DNA of 64,000 nucleotides, taken from positions 145,005-209,004 of the forward strand of contig KV454013.1 in the NCBI GenBank assembly GCA_001661245.1, in the 5' to 3' direction. A program made the translations under genes and the position numbers. Below are positions 10,362-22,053 of the stretch, one piece after another (the first letter of the stretch is position 1; every line of letters begins with the position of its first letter). The notes beneath the pieces are model-generated. The model saw nothing but the letters and a program-made list of their open reading frames with translations. It did not search any database and had not been told where the DNA came from. The DNA comes from Pachysolen tannophilus NRRL Y-2460. Its lineage: Eukaryota.

Positions 10362-13040
10362 ATGGTTGAGGCAGCAACTCATAGAAGATTAAATTCGGGT
10401 AGTAAGACCCTGCCCTATACGAGGCCAGGAACAACAAGAACAAAGGCAGTAAGACTTCCTCTTGCATCACAGCTGGAGGTTTCATCAGATGATAGTGTAA
10501 AAGATCTTCAGAGGGAACAGCAGGAATTACGGCGATTGGCATTGCAATTTGAGTGGCCCGAGGAAGATGGACTAATAGAAGACGAAGAGGATTTACAGTA
10601 TTTGAATAATGAATATCAGTTGAAAAATCAGGAGTTGTTTTCCAAAAATTATATTAAGAACTTAAAGTTGAATAATAGTAATGACATTGGAATTAAGTTA
10701 AATAAGAATAAATCGCACGATGTGAACGAAGAAGATTTGTCGCAGGATCGAGATGATGAAGACGGTAGCGGGAGCAAAGAAGAAGATGATGATGATGAAG
10801 AAGAGGATGATGACAATGAGGAAGATGACGAAGGAGAAGAAAAAGAAGACGTTGATATTGAAGATGATGGTGGTAAAGAAGAAGGAAAGGAGGAAGTGGA
10901 CACAGACGACGATGACTACATATATCACAAAGAAGTTGAAAATTCCCTTGACAGCGACGATGAAAATTTGGAAGAAGAATATGAAAGCGAATTCGATGAT
11001 GAAGATGAAGAAAAATTTGCAACCGGAAGAAAACTTGATAGAGATGGGACAATAGATTACCTAAAATCAAAAGTTTTTTCATTGCAGTCACAAATAAATC
11101 CGAGCAAAATAGTCATAGGTATCATAATTACAGTAATTTTTTCATTAATTATCAAAACTTCAATCTTGAATTTCAATAATTATAGTCAGCGTTCTATTTT
11201 AAATCCAATAGCTAATGCTAAAGCAAAAGCACAATATATCCCTGTTGAGTCATTAGTAGATATCAATTTCAAATTTAAAAATCTTCAAGATCAGTTAGCT
11301 GATATATCACTTGAACAAAATTCAATAATAAATAATAATGCTCACTTAACTGAAGTGTTAAGCGTATTACAGAAAAATTTAAATAATAAATGGGAACAAA
11401 TCAATAACAATTTTCATGGAATCAGGTCTTCCATTGTCGCTAATAGTAAGCTTATGGATCAAAAGGGTTTACTGACTGATTTCAAAAGTATAGTTGAGAA
11501 ATTAAATATTTTGGAACTGAAAATGAAAAATAATGAAAAAATAGATATAAATAAAGATAAATTTTTGAATGAAGTGTTGTACCAGATAAAAGAATTTGAA
11601 GCCAGCTTGGAAAAAACAGAAAGCAAAGTCGAAGAATTGTTTCAATTTAAAAATCAAGTCGATAAAGCTTTTGATGAGTTATCAGGTGAAATGATTAGCA
11701 AAATAACATCCAGATTACCTTATTCGATCCCAGCGATCAAAAGTAAAAATGGAGAAATGCAACTTATACCAGAATTCCAGAATTTTTTGAAAAATATTAT
11801 AAATGATTCTGTAAATGCAAAATTAAGCTCTGTTGACTTAGCTGACGCTCAAGGAAATCGCTTCGAAATGACATGGGATGATTTTCTACTGAAAAATGGA
11901 TACCAATTACATGAATATTTAGAAAATTTTGTAACCAAAGATGTCCAAATGGTTAAAAAGTCAGATTTTGAAAAAATATTGGTTGATAATTTTAAGGCAA
12001 GTAAAGATAAAATGGATAAGGAATTGAATAAATTGAGAAATTCCATTGATGAGGAATTTGTACTTCTTGATCGCAAGGTATCACGTCTGAAAGGTGTATC
12101 TCATTCTCGGGAAAGTGATTTAAGTTTATCGACCTCTGAACTATTTGTTGAGAACTTAATTGATAAAAAATTTGATGAATTCAAGAATAATTTGTCCAAT
12201 AGAAAAAATTACGCTGATCCTTATCAAGGAGCTGTTATTTTGAACCAGTTGACATCAAAACCACTTAATAAGAAATTTAGAAGAAGAACCTCAGTGATTT
12301 CAAGGGTTGCATTTGGATGGTTAGATTTTCTAAAAAGAAATCTCAGCAAAAACGGGAACTCTAGTAATAGTTTATATGACTCAGTGATAGGAAAGTTACA
12401 TTATGAAAACCAATATAATTGTCTTCTAGACAATGGTCTATATTGGACAAATGTTGCAAATGATATGCATATAGGAATAAGATTGTCTAAGCCCATAATA
12501 ATCACAGAAATATTGTTTGAATATCCAAGAAGTGATAACCCAATGTTGATGTCAGCTGCTCCGAAGAAAACATCCATATATATTAAACCATCACCTTCAA
12601 ACCTTTTCAAAGACTTGAAGAAATTATTTGAACCAACTTTCAATCAAGATTTTATTAATCGTAAAATTTCTGAGTCCTACGTCAAAGTATTGGAGTTTGA
12701 ATATAACATAAACGACAACCATGTATATCAATTCGTTAAATTTCCTAAAAAATTATATGAAGATCTTGAGAATTTGAAGATAAGCGAGATATATATAGAT
12801 GTGGAAAGTAATTGGGGGAATTCAAATATCACAAATTTGTATAATATCAAAGTATTTGGTGTCAATGAAGATGATATAAATTATTCAAAGATATTTTTAG
12901 GTTTAGATAAAGATGCAACTCAATCTGACGTTATGAAAGCCTTTAAGGAAAAAATTGTCGATGGAGCAACATATAAGCTCGATAAAGAAGCTACAACTGA
13001 AACTATCGAAGACGAAGTTGTGGAATTGGGCGATGATTGA
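10362..13040 (+). CDS. MPS3: SUN-domain nuclear envelope / spindle pole body protein
   Basis: Acidic N-terminal region, single TM (IVIGIIITVIFSLII), coiled coils, C-terminal SUN domain (NYA..YQGAVI, SAAPK, VESNWG..TNLYNIKVFG); likely start MVEAA at 10362. Confidence 0.85.
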   Translation: MVEAATHRRLNSGSKTLPYTRPGTTRTKAVRLPLASQLEVSSDDSVKDLQREQQELRRLALQFEWPEEDGLIEDEEDLQYLNNEYQLKNQELFSKNYIKNLKLNNSNDIGIKLNKNKSHDVNEEDLSQDRDDEDGSGSKEEDDDDEEEDDDNEEDDEGEEKEDVDIEDDGGKEEGKEEVDTDDDDYIYHKEVENSLDSDDENLEEEYESEFDDEDEEKFATGRKLDRDGTIDYLKSKVFSLQSQINPSKIVIGIIITVIFSLIIKTSILNFNNYSQRSILNPIANAKAKAQYIPVESLVDINFKFKNLQDQLADISLEQNSIINNNAHLTEVLSVLQKNLNNKWEQINNNFHGIRSSIVANSKLMDQKGLLTDFKSIVEKLNILELKMKNNEKIDINKDKFLNEVLYQIKEFEASLEKTESKVEELFQFKNQVDKAFDELSGEMISKITSRLPYSIPAIKSKNGEMQLIPEFQNFLKNIINDSVNAKLSSVDLADAQGNRFEMTWDDFLLKNGYQLHEYLENFVTKDVQMVKKSDFEKILVDNFKASKDKMDKELNKLRNSIDEEFVLLDRKVSRLKGVSHSRESDLSLSTSELFVENLIDKKFDEFKNNLSNRKNYADPYQGAVILNQLTSKPLNKKFRRRTSVISRVAFGWLDFLKRNLSKNGNSSNSLYDSVIGKLHYENQYNCLLDNGLYWTNVANDMHIGIRLSKPIIITEILFEYPRSDNPMLMSAAPKKTSIYIKPSPSNLFKDLKKLFEPTFNQDFINRKISESYVKVLEFEYNINDNHVYQFVKFPKKLYEDLENLKISEIYIDVESNWGNSNITNLYNIKVFGVNEDDINYSKIFLGLDKDATQSDVMKAFKEKIVDGATYKLDKEATTETIEDEVVELGDD

Positions 13041-13414
13041 ATAAAGACAAAATTCGATACTTAATTTTTTGTGTTTTATTGTAACGTTATATTCTTCACC
13101 GCTAAAAATTATGATTCTTCAAAAGATAGCGGGAATTGCTTGAATAATCAAAATAGCTTAAATAAATAATAACTCTTTATACCTATAATATATAGTTTAG
13201 TCAAGTAATAACTAATTCAAAATTAGATTCAGCTGAATCAACTGTGGATTCTCTAATTTAGTTCGATGTAGCGTTGTACTGAGAAACTTCGGGCCGTTTT
13301 GCGAGCCTGAAAAATTTAAAAAATTCATCAGTGTTGAAAAGTATAGTTATGACTCAAGCAAACATTAACTGTTAACTTAAAAAGTAAATTAGGAAAGATT
13401 ATTCAAGGTGGTCT

Positions 13415-13421
13415 CGGGTAA
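13415..13421 (+). promoter_or_regulatory. Reb1-like site (CGGGTAA)
   Basis: Consensus match about 120 bp upstream of the carrier ATG; a second copy lies at 48554-48560 upstream of YRA1. Confidence 0.35.
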
Positions 13422-13541
13422 TAGTATCTTCAGTTCTTCATTAGTTTGGGAAAATTCTTGGTGAAGATCAATTGGACTTAATCTTTGCAAAAAAAAAAAA
13501 AAAAAAAAAAGTTAACATATTTTCATTTTGCATGATAGGTA

Positions 13542-14459
13542 ATGTCTGATGATAACGATATTATCACTGAACAGGAAGGAGCAAAACCATTACCAAGATA
13601 TTTGGGGTTTGTAGCTGGTGTATTTTCTGGGTTTGCCAAAAATGCTGTGGGGCATCCATTTGATACTGTCAAGGTTAGACTTCAAACTTCAGAAGGAAGA
13701 TTTAAAGGCCCTTTGGATTGTGTCCTGAACACTTTTAGAAAAGAGGGTATACCCGGTTTTTATAAAGGTTTCACACCACCTTTGCTAGGATGGGTTGCGA
13801 TGGATTCTGTGATGTTGGGAAGCTTGACGGTTTACAGAAGGTTTCTTAATGATTATATTTATCACTGTGATTTAGATCCTGAGAATGGACAACCTAAATT
13901 ACCGTTAGCTGGTCAATGTCTTGCTGGCTTAGGTGCGGGTTGGACAGTTAGTTTTGTAGCTGCTCCCGTGGAGACAGTAAAAGCAAGATTGCAGGTTCAA
14001 TATGATGCTTCTTCAAAATTATATACAGGTCCTATAGATTGTGTTTGGAAATTGTTTAAATACGATGGGTTGATTTCATTATATAAAGGTTTAATACCAA
14101 CAATGATTTTTAGAACCAATTTCATATTTTGGTGGGGGTCCTATTTTATATTTACAGATTGGTTCAAAGCTCACACTAATTTATCCAAACCAGCTATTAA
14201 TTTCTGGTCTGGTGGATTAAGTGCAACGGTTTTTTGGATCGTTGCGTATCCTGCTGATGTTGTTAAACAAGTTATTGTTACTGATAATGTTGAGAACCCA
14301 AAGTTTAAGAAATATTCAGATGCAGTCAAGTACATTTATAAACACAAAGGTGGCTACAGAGGATTTTTTAAAGGGTTTGTTCCTTCAATCTTAAGATCGT
14401 TTCCAGCAAATGCATCTGCTTTAGCTGCTTTTGAATTCGTATTAAGAATCTTACATTAG
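13542..14459 (+). CDS. Mitochondrial carrier family protein (carnitine/amino-acid carrier subfamily)
   Basis: Three PxD/ExxK signature repeats (HPFDTVKVRLQ, APVETVKARLQ, YPADVVKQ) and ILRSFPANA. Confidence 0.9.
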   Translation: MSDDNDIITEQEGAKPLPRYLGFVAGVFSGFAKNAVGHPFDTVKVRLQTSEGRFKGPLDCVLNTFRKEGIPGFYKGFTPPLLGWVAMDSVMLGSLTVYRRFLNDYIYHCDLDPENGQPKLPLAGQCLAGLGAGWTVSFVAAPVETVKARLQVQYDASSKLYTGPIDCVWKLFKYDGLISLYKGLIPTMIFRTNFIFWWGSYFIFTDWFKAHTNLSKPAINFWSGGLSATVFWIVAYPADVVKQVIVTDNVENPKFKKYSDAVKYIYKHKGGYRGFFKGFVPSILRSFPANASALAAFEFVLRILH

Positions 14460-14542
14460 ATATATATATATAGATATATATATATATATATATATAACTT
14501 GCATTATGTAGAATATAACATTACTATTATTTTTATTATTAT

Positions 14543-15052
14543 TTATACCTTATTTTCCTTTTCCCATGGTTTCTTTCTTTCTTTTAATTCATGTTTTGAT
14601 GCAGTTGCCTCATCCAATATAACTTCTGGAATTTTTTTTATACCAGGCACTGGTTTATTGTTAAGTATTAAATCTACTATTTTCTCATAGTTGGAAGAAT
14701 AAGGCAGATCTGTCTCAATGTTATGATCTGTTACTTCTTCAATTTTGCTTTCAAAATTTTTTTTCCAATCAAAATAATCTTCTAGATTCAAGATCTCATT
14801 TGTCTTTTCACAAAAAAAATATACTTTAGCTTGTAATGTCAACTGATTTTTGGTTGAACTTTCTATTTCAGAAATTTCACTCAACTCTTTTTGTCCCGGT
14901 TGTAAATTTGAATTATATTGAATTAAATAGTCTGCAAAAACCTGTTGTAAACCTTGTTGATACTCGGGAAAATTCTCAAAATCATACCGATAAAACTGTA
15001 AATAAACATCTTCTTGAGATGTCAGTTCTGAGCTATCAGCTAATGATGACAT
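14543..15052 (-). CDS. PEX39: Pex39-like peroxin (PTS2 import accessory factor)
   Basis: YDFE...YQQGL N-domain, QAKVYFF, PYSSNYEKIVDLILNNKPVPGIKKIP and terminal KPWE motif. Confidence 0.7.
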   Translation of the reverse strand: MSSLADSSELTSQEDVYLQFYRYDFENFPEYQQGLQQVFADYLIQYNSNLQPGQKELSEISEIESSTKNQLTLQAKVYFFCEKTNEILNLEDYFDWKKNFESKIEEVTDHNIETDLPYSSNYEKIVDLILNNKPVPGIKKIPEVILDEATASKHELKERKKPWEKENKV

Positions 15053-15328
15053 CTTTTAATTTTTGGTAATTATTTTGATGATTTAAATGATCAATTACTG
15101 ATGAAAAAGCAATAGAAAAAAAAAAAAATTAAATAATACCAGAAAAATAAAAAATCAAAATTCTTTTGATAAATCTGTTTAATTATTTATATAACTTTCA
15201 AGTTTATTTAATGACTGAATAACTGAATAGAATCTACTATAAAGGCACAAAAGAGATTTGGTTAAATGTTTTAGAAAACAAGGAAGAATTAAAAAAAAAA
15301 AAAAAAGTCATGAATCGTTAATATTTAC

Positions 15329-17410
15329 TCATATATATTTAGTTTGTAGTCTGAATCCGTATTCATCGTTAGTATCATCTCGTACAAATTTAAACCAACC
15401 AAGTCTGAAAATTTTCAAGTTTTTATTCTTTCTGAAATAAGTTTTAACCAAGTCATCACCAAATAATTTCATTATTTTCTCATTATTTTTTTCATTGAGA
15501 AAATTACAATCATATAGAAAACCATTGTATAAATCTGTATTTGTATTTTTCAAATGAATTTTAGAAGTTGGATTTATAGTTTTGTAATCATTACAAACAC
15601 CATCAAATTCGCCCATTTCGAATTCTTCAGAATCAAATAAATCATTTATTGAATTTCTTTTATCAGAGAACAATTTTCCATCTAATTTGACAAATTTAGG
15701 ATCTTCATTACCACATTGAAGTTTTTGATATCTTAAAACAAGTGGTACATTCATATCACTAATTAAACCAGTTTCATTCATTTCAGCCATAAATTTTTTT
15801 TGTTCTAATCTTGATAAACTATTAAAATAATCTGAATTATTGATTTTAAATTCTACCAAATGTTTTAATCTTGAAAACATGTTATAATAATCGATATGAA
15901 CTTCTTTTAACTTGTTACTTCTAACTAATGGTATTTTATCATTCCAATTTTTAGAATCATATTGAGGTATTTCTAATACTGTTAATTTACCAATTTTAAA
16001 AATTAATTTCTCTAAATTTGGCATATTTTCTAATATTAAATCATAATTAAAATTCCCATAATTACTTGCTTTAATTGATAAAATTTTTAAATTTGGTAAA
16101 TTAAAATTTGAAATTAAAGCAACAATTCTATTTTCAAAACCAACACCTGAATATTGTCTTAAATAAAATCTTTCAGTTTGTAATTCAAATTGATCTAATT
16201 TTTGTAAAAAAATTCTAATATTTTTATCATATTCAGACCAATTAATTGTAGGATGTTGATAAGTTTTAATTTGAATACCATCAACTTGACGATATCCATC
16301 ACCATCATCAGAATAAGAAGAATTATCACCAAGATCATATTTAACACCTCTTATTTTAAGTTGTAAAGTTGAAAGATTGAAAGATTTGTTATGAAGAATA
16401 AAAGGTCTAATTAAACAAGTATAAAAATCTCCAAACCTAAAATCTAATATATAACCATCAATATCTAAATATAATTTGTTTAATTTTATAAATCCATTAT
16501 TTGTTTTAACCAATAATGGTACAAAATTATAAATAAAGCTAAAATCTTCATAAGAAAGACCAACATATGATAAAACTAAATTTTTTAAATTAGGGAATCC
16601 AAGTAATTTTAAAGGAATTTTTGAATAATCATTATCATAAGATTTTGAAATTAAATTTAAATTTAAAGATAAACCAGTTAAATTTATTAAAACATCTGGT
16701 TTTAAATATGATAAATCCATCAATTCTAAATCTTTCCAATAAATTTCTTTCAATTGAGTGAAAGAAGATAAAAATCTTTTAAATAATTTATTATTATCGT
16801 TTAAATTACTAATACTATTTCTTCTATGAGACAGCAGCTTACCATTATTACTCCCAAAGTATGAATTAACATTCCCATTCGTATTTGCATTGCCAATCTC
16901 ATTTCCATTCCCATTATTTGCAGAAAGGGATAATCTACGAATAATTTTTTTCAATTTTAAAAAACCTTTCTCTTTAAATTGTGATTTTTCAAAAAAATCA
17001 TCACTTGAACTTGATTTAGATCTAGATTTGGATTCATTTAATTCATTAATATTACCTTTATTATAAGATTGATCTTTAAAATTAAGAACATATGGAGACA
17101 TATGACAATTCAATTCTTTAACTAAATTATGAATATCATTTTTACCAGAAATAACATTTGTAACAAATTTAACCAATTGTTGCTTATCTGAAATAATCAC
17201 TCTATACCTATTTTTATAAGCAATTGGTTGTTGAGATTGATCAAGTATATCATACCTTATACTCACACCAGAATAAAGTTTTACCAAACAAATCTGATGT
17301 AAACTCTTGCATGTATAAGATAAATTAATTAAAGTATTAACATCCAAATTATCTATAATTTGTAAAGTAATTTCATTAGAAAAATCAAGAAATGATACTT
17401 TTGAAATCAT
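15329..17410 (-). CDS. F-box protein with LRR-like C-terminal region
   Basis: N-terminal FLDFSNEITLQIIDNLDVNTLINLSYTCKSLHQIC F-box; repeated PNLKxLxL motifs. Confidence 0.75.
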   Translation of the reverse strand: MISKVSFLDFSNEITLQIIDNLDVNTLINLSYTCKSLHQICLVKLYSGVSIRYDILDQSQQPIAYKNRYRVIISDKQQLVKFVTNVISGKNDIHNLVKELNCHMSPYVLNFKDQSYNKGNINELNESKSRSKSSSSDDFFEKSQFKEKGFLKLKKIIRRLSLSANNGNGNEIGNANTNGNVNSYFGSNNGKLLSHRRNSISNLNDNNKLFKRFLSSFTQLKEIYWKDLELMDLSYLKPDVLINLTGLSLNLNLISKSYDNDYSKIPLKLLGFPNLKNLVLSYVGLSYEDFSFIYNFVPLLVKTNNGFIKLNKLYLDIDGYILDFRFGDFYTCLIRPFILHNKSFNLSTLQLKIRGVKYDLGDNSSYSDDGDGYRQVDGIQIKTYQHPTINWSEYDKNIRIFLQKLDQFELQTERFYLRQYSGVGFENRIVALISNFNLPNLKILSIKASNYGNFNYDLILENMPNLEKLIFKIGKLTVLEIPQYDSKNWNDKIPLVRSNKLKEVHIDYYNMFSRLKHLVEFKINNSDYFNSLSRLEQKKFMAEMNETGLISDMNVPLVLRYQKLQCGNEDPKFVKLDGKLFSDKRNSINDLFDSEEFEMGEFDGVCNDYKTINPTSKIHLKNTNTDLYNGFLYDCNFLNEKNNEKIMKLFGDDLVKTYFRKNKNLKIFRLGWFKFVRDDTNDEYGFRLQTKYI

Positions 17411-18298
17411 GACTCCTATATCATCTATATTTCACCTTAATACCAATCAATATTTTTTCTTTAAATTCGTAAAGAGCAAAAACCAGAAAAAGGAAGCAAA
17501 AAAAAAAAAAAAGTATTGAGAATTTCCTATGTTTATATTTCAAATATGTACATGCAGATTTCAGTATAATGGTGTACTGCGGAACAATTAGGAATTAAGC
17601 TGCGCGGCTTACTTTTAAATGTTTATGTCCCAAAAAAAAGAAAAACAAAAACACTTTTAAACAAAAATCTATGTTATGGGCTGTACCAACCCATAATGTT
17701 GCTGATCTTAAAGACTTTCTTTCCCTCTAAATGAAAAAAAAAAAAAAAAATTAGGTTATTTAAACTACCTAATTATCAAAAATTATCAAATACACAATAA
17801 TTTTACTATTCATTAACAAACTAAGATAAAATCCGCCATTTCTCAAGAAATTAACTTTTTTAAACTATTTTGGTTGTAATGTTTGTTTGAAATGTTTCTA
17901 TTTAACTTAACTTTTAAACGAGTCGTGTGCACCTTATTATTATCATTATTATCATTATAATCAATTAAGGCCAGTAGTGCACACAACACTCACAATTACA
18001 AAAGAGGAAATTATTTTTTGCAATGCAAAAAAAATGAAAACAAAAACAAAACAAGGACAAAAAGGTGAAAAAAACCAAAGTAGTGTATGTCAGACAAACA
18101 ATCCCGTTTAGGAATTGTCTTTTTTTTGTTTTTTAAATTTTTTTGTTCATTTTCACGCAAGCTGTCAATTCTTTCTCGAAACAGTAGGGAAGGGAAAAAA
18201 TTTAGTAACAAGGCACAATAAAAAGAACATAATAATAATAGTAATATTATTTGAATTATTATCTTTATTCTTTAGCGCTATTGCGAAAAGTTAAGGAA

Positions 18299-20806
18299 AT
18301 GACAGAAAATCTGGATGTAATAAATAGACATAGGTCAGAAAGATGGGTACAGGCACAAAGACCTTCGTACGGTGACGATTGGAATGACCATGATAACGAT
18401 ATGATTGTTGACAATAACAATAACAATAATGATGATGATGATGATGAGGCTGAGGCTGAGGCTGAGGCTAATATTAATGTTAATTATAAACTGGGTATTG
18501 ACGAAGAAGAAGATGAAGATGAAGAAGCTGTTTCTAGACCTCCTGTTCCAAAGATTCCAGACCAGTATTTGTCACTGGATTCAGATGAGCTGTTACTTTC
18601 TTCAAGTCTTTTGCCCTTTGAAGCAGGTACCGTTGATGCTGAGTTATTAAGAAAATTAAGTAATACTAATTTAATAGCGGCGGATGATGATGATGATGAT
18701 GATATTCAGAATAATGAGGCAGTTGGTGAAGATGCAGCTGGGCGCTGGAAGCCCACAGCAGATATAATAACGCCGCCAGTTACAAGAGAGACAAAGCTGG
18801 ACTTGAAAAATACTGATGAATTGGAACTGGAATTAGAATTAAGCTCTCATACTCATAATAATATTGAAAATATCCCTTCATCCTTGAATATTTATGATGA
18901 TATTGAACCAACACCTCCTTTGAAAACGTCTCGTAAGAGTTCAAGAAATCCTTCAGTTAATTTGGATGAAAATAATAATGATAAATTATTACAACAAAAA
19001 AATTTACAATTATCATCATCATCACTGTTACAAAAAAATGAGAAAAATAGATTAACTTCAAACTATAAAGATATTGAACATGTTGTTAGTGATTATTTAA
19101 ATCAAAGAGACTCACAATATTATGGTGAAACATTTCAAGAAGATGATCTTAATAAAGATGGAAATAAAAATATAAATGATAATTCAGATGATGATGAAGA
19201 AGTTGATCATGATCTTAATAATACCTCTTTCAACTCCCAACATTCGGATCCTCATAGTCAAGATGAAGATTTAACAAATCCTATGGGAGTAAGTTCTCTT
19301 TCACATTCTTTATCTTCTGGTGGTTCATTATCAACAGGAAGTTGGTCTGTAAGAAGTTCTGCTCAATTTAATGCTACAAATACAAATACAAGAGAAACTT
19401 TTATTGGTAAATTGTTAAATGAAAGAAGACCTAGTGTTGGTAACCAGACAATAGATAACGAAACAAAAGAATTTTATCAAGTCGCTAAAGATGATGAATC
19501 AACAGTTATGAATAAAAAATATGATAATGATGTCTCTTCAATTGAAGGCGATGATGATATAGTAGATGGAAATGCAAAAAAATTTCATGAAGGAAAATCT
19601 ATTAATTTTGGTCATTGGAAACCAGATACTTCAAATTTTAGAAATGATTTCATAAAAGAAACTAATAATGATGATAATCCAAGCTTATTTGATAATGAAG
19701 GTAATAATGCTGCTCAAACTAGACTAGAGAATCATGATGTTCATGATGATAGAGACAACGGTAATGGCATTGATGATGATGATGATGATGATGTTGATGA
19801 TGAACTTTCATTTAACGATGCGGAATCAAAGTTGAACTATATAACTAATGATGATATTGTTAATTCGAGAAGCAATAATGATCTTGTTTCATATTCTTCT
19901 GTTGATCATAAAAATGAGTATTTGTCAGATTCAGATGAAAATCATACTATCAATCATGATAATGATGAAATTGAATCTACAGATACATTAAATGATGGTT
20001 CCTCTAGTAATAATAAGTTGTCCGCCAGTTTAGTAAATTCTTCTTTAGAATCACCATTACATCTAAAAAAAGCTGTCTTTTCGGAAAATAGCACTGCCAA
20101 TAGCGATCTGGATGAATCAAGAGATGACTCCAAAGATTTTAAATCAAGAATTGTTAATGAAAATGGTGTTATTGTTACTCCTAAGAAACAGAGATATACT
20201 AGCTTATTGTCAAGCGATCCAATTCCTAATTCGGCCACAAGAAATACTAGTACATCGTCAAGTAATGCAGAATCAAACAAGGGTAATAGAAAGTCTGCTG
20301 GAAGGTCAGCAAGTAATTCTTCTTCAAAGAAGAAAGTTTCTGAATTAGTTGAAAATAACAATAATAATTTTTCTATTCAAGAATATACACAATTTGATTT
20401 TGCCAAAATTGACAAAATTTCAAATCCTGATTTAAAAATTAAAGAATTGAACAATTTGAGAAATGCTGAATTGAAACATAATACGGGATTACATGCTTGG
20501 CTCTCCACAGAATTAACAAAAGTAAATGAATATTCACAAGAGCAAGATGCCTTAGGACCTCACACTTTAAAAGCCTACAAAGATGTCAGTGAGGGAAATG
20601 TCCCACATCATCATTCTGTCAGTCAATTTTTAGCTAATGATATGTCGTTGTTAACGAGAAAGCATAGTATCAATTTAACAGCTTCCAATTTCAAGACTCA
20701 TTTAAGCACTAATAAGATTAAATCGAAAGTTGGGGATGGAACTAACTTGGCAAAAGGTATATTTAGTAGAAGCAAGAAAATCATGAGAACAAATAATGGC
20801 GTTTAA
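18299..20806 (+). CDS. FYV8: Fyv8-like protein
   Basis: N-terminal RHRSERWVQAQRPSYGDDW; acidic low-complexity body; C-terminal HNTGLHAWL and AKGIFSRSKK motifs; first ATG at 18299. Confidence 0.7.
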   Translation: MTENLDVINRHRSERWVQAQRPSYGDDWNDHDNDMIVDNNNNNNDDDDDEAEAEAEANINVNYKLGIDEEEDEDEEAVSRPPVPKIPDQYLSLDSDELLLSSSLLPFEAGTVDAELLRKLSNTNLIAADDDDDDDIQNNEAVGEDAAGRWKPTADIITPPVTRETKLDLKNTDELELELELSSHTHNNIENIPSSLNIYDDIEPTPPLKTSRKSSRNPSVNLDENNNDKLLQQKNLQLSSSSLLQKNEKNRLTSNYKDIEHVVSDYLNQRDSQYYGETFQEDDLNKDGNKNINDNSDDDEEVDHDLNNTSFNSQHSDPHSQDEDLTNPMGVSSLSHSLSSGGSLSTGSWSVRSSAQFNATNTNTRETFIGKLLNERRPSVGNQTIDNETKEFYQVAKDDESTVMNKKYDNDVSSIEGDDDIVDGNAKKFHEGKSINFGHWKPDTSNFRNDFIKETNNDDNPSLFDNEGNNAAQTRLENHDVHDDRDNGNGIDDDDDDDVDDELSFNDAESKLNYITNDDIVNSRSNNDLVSYSSVDHKNEYLSDSDENHTINHDNDEIESTDTLNDGSSSNNKLSASLVNSSLESPLHLKKAVFSENSTANSDLDESRDDSKDFKSRIVNENGVIVTPKKQRYTSLLSSDPIPNSATRNTSTSSSNAESNKGNRKSAGRSASNSSSKKKVSELVENNNNNFSIQEYTQFDFAKIDKISNPDLKIKELNNLRNAELKHNTGLHAWLSTELTKVNEYSQEQDALGPHTLKAYKDVSEGNVPHHHSVSQFLANDMSLLTRKHSINLTASNFKTHLSTNKIKSKVGDGTNLAKGIFSRSKKIMRTNNGV

Positions 20807-21003
20807 TTATTTTTTTTTTGTTTTTTNTTTTTTTTTTTTTTTAAACAGAAAAAAAAAACGTAATAATAATTATATATGCTTCAATAGATGTCATGGATGA
20901 ATTATATAATATATATATAGACATACACTGGCGTTAATTCATTTGAAATTTATTATTTATTTCTTTTAATCGATTAATTTACTTAATTTACTTATTTATT
21001 TAT

Positions 21004-21732
21004 TTATTTATTAGTGATTTTTGATAATCTTAAATTTCCATGCCTTCTAATTTCCTGGTCCATAATATCTCTGATCCTATGGCAACCAACTATCCCAATT
21101 GCCAATAATTTTTCTAAATTATCTAACGACAACTTATCCTCCAATAGCAATAATGAAATCTTTTCACTTTTTCCAACTACTCCCAATGTTAAAAAGGATA
21201 AATCATTCTCTTCAAGATGATTTAAATCCAATAAAGGTGTAGTATCATATAAACCAACATTTATGGAAGATACATAATCATACATCGATATCCCAGCGTC
21301 GATTAATGCCAACGTTATTGCATTTACACAAGAAGGTAATAAACCACCATCTTGTGACAACACCACTATTGAAATACTTATTATAGTCCTTGGATAATTT
21401 TTCATAATTACAATTTGTTCAAAAGTTTTCACAAGGAAAATACATAATTCTTGAATTCTTTTGTCATTTTTTTTAAATTTTTTCCTGCTATTACTAACAA
21501 ATGAAGGCATGCTTATCGACACAGTTAAATTTGAAGACGAATTTGGCTTCCTCCCAGAGGATGGCGACTCCATTGGCCCACTCACAAGGCATACTACTTT
21601 TGTATTACCCATTTCCACATATGATGAACCATCTGAAGAATTCTGATGTGTGTTGATATGACATTTGAAATTACGTACTTCATTCCATCTTCTACCATCA
21701 GCCCTTAACCCTTCAGGTGAATACACTTCCAT
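21004..21732 (-). CDS. SKI6: Exosome RNase PH-like subunit Rrp41
   Basis: EVYSPEGLRADGRRWNE, DGSSYVEMGNTKV, DGGLL..CVNAITLALIDAGI; ATG at 21732. Confidence 0.95.
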   Translation of the reverse strand: MEVYSPEGLRADGRRWNEVRNFKCHINTHQNSSDGSSYVEMGNTKVVCLVSGPMESPSSGRKPNSSSNLTVSISMPSFVSNSRKKFKKNDKRIQELCIFLVKTFEQIVIMKNYPRTIISISIVVLSQDGGLLPSCVNAITLALIDAGISMYDYVSSINVGLYDTTPLLDLNHLEENDLSFLTLGVVGKSEKISLLLLEDKLSLDNLEKLLAIGIVGCHRIRDIMDQEIRRHGNLRLSKITNK

Positions 21733-22053
21733 TTGCAACTTGAAAACTATAACAATGATTCAATTCAAACTTTCTAAATCAACTTCTATTATAGCTTTAA
21801 CCAAGAAACTTGTCATCTACTCTTCAATCCAGAGATATATAGATAATTTACACACATTAAAATTTTTCACTTTAAACTAACATTTTATTTCATATACACT
21901 ACCTTTTGGAACATCCTACACCATATCAGTACACCCCACACCCCACACCTTTCAAGTAAAGAAGTAAAGTGAAGGAATATAATTGTTCTTGTTCTTGTTC
22001 TTGTTCCTGTTCTTGTTTCTGTTTCTGTTGCTGTTTATGGGAATGTGCTAATA

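Noticed and set aside
10336..11091. Several overlapping antisense or alternative-frame ORFs (also within MAK21, FYV8, TEC1 and the poly-Asn gene)
   Set aside because: Shadows of low-complexity triplet repeats in real genes
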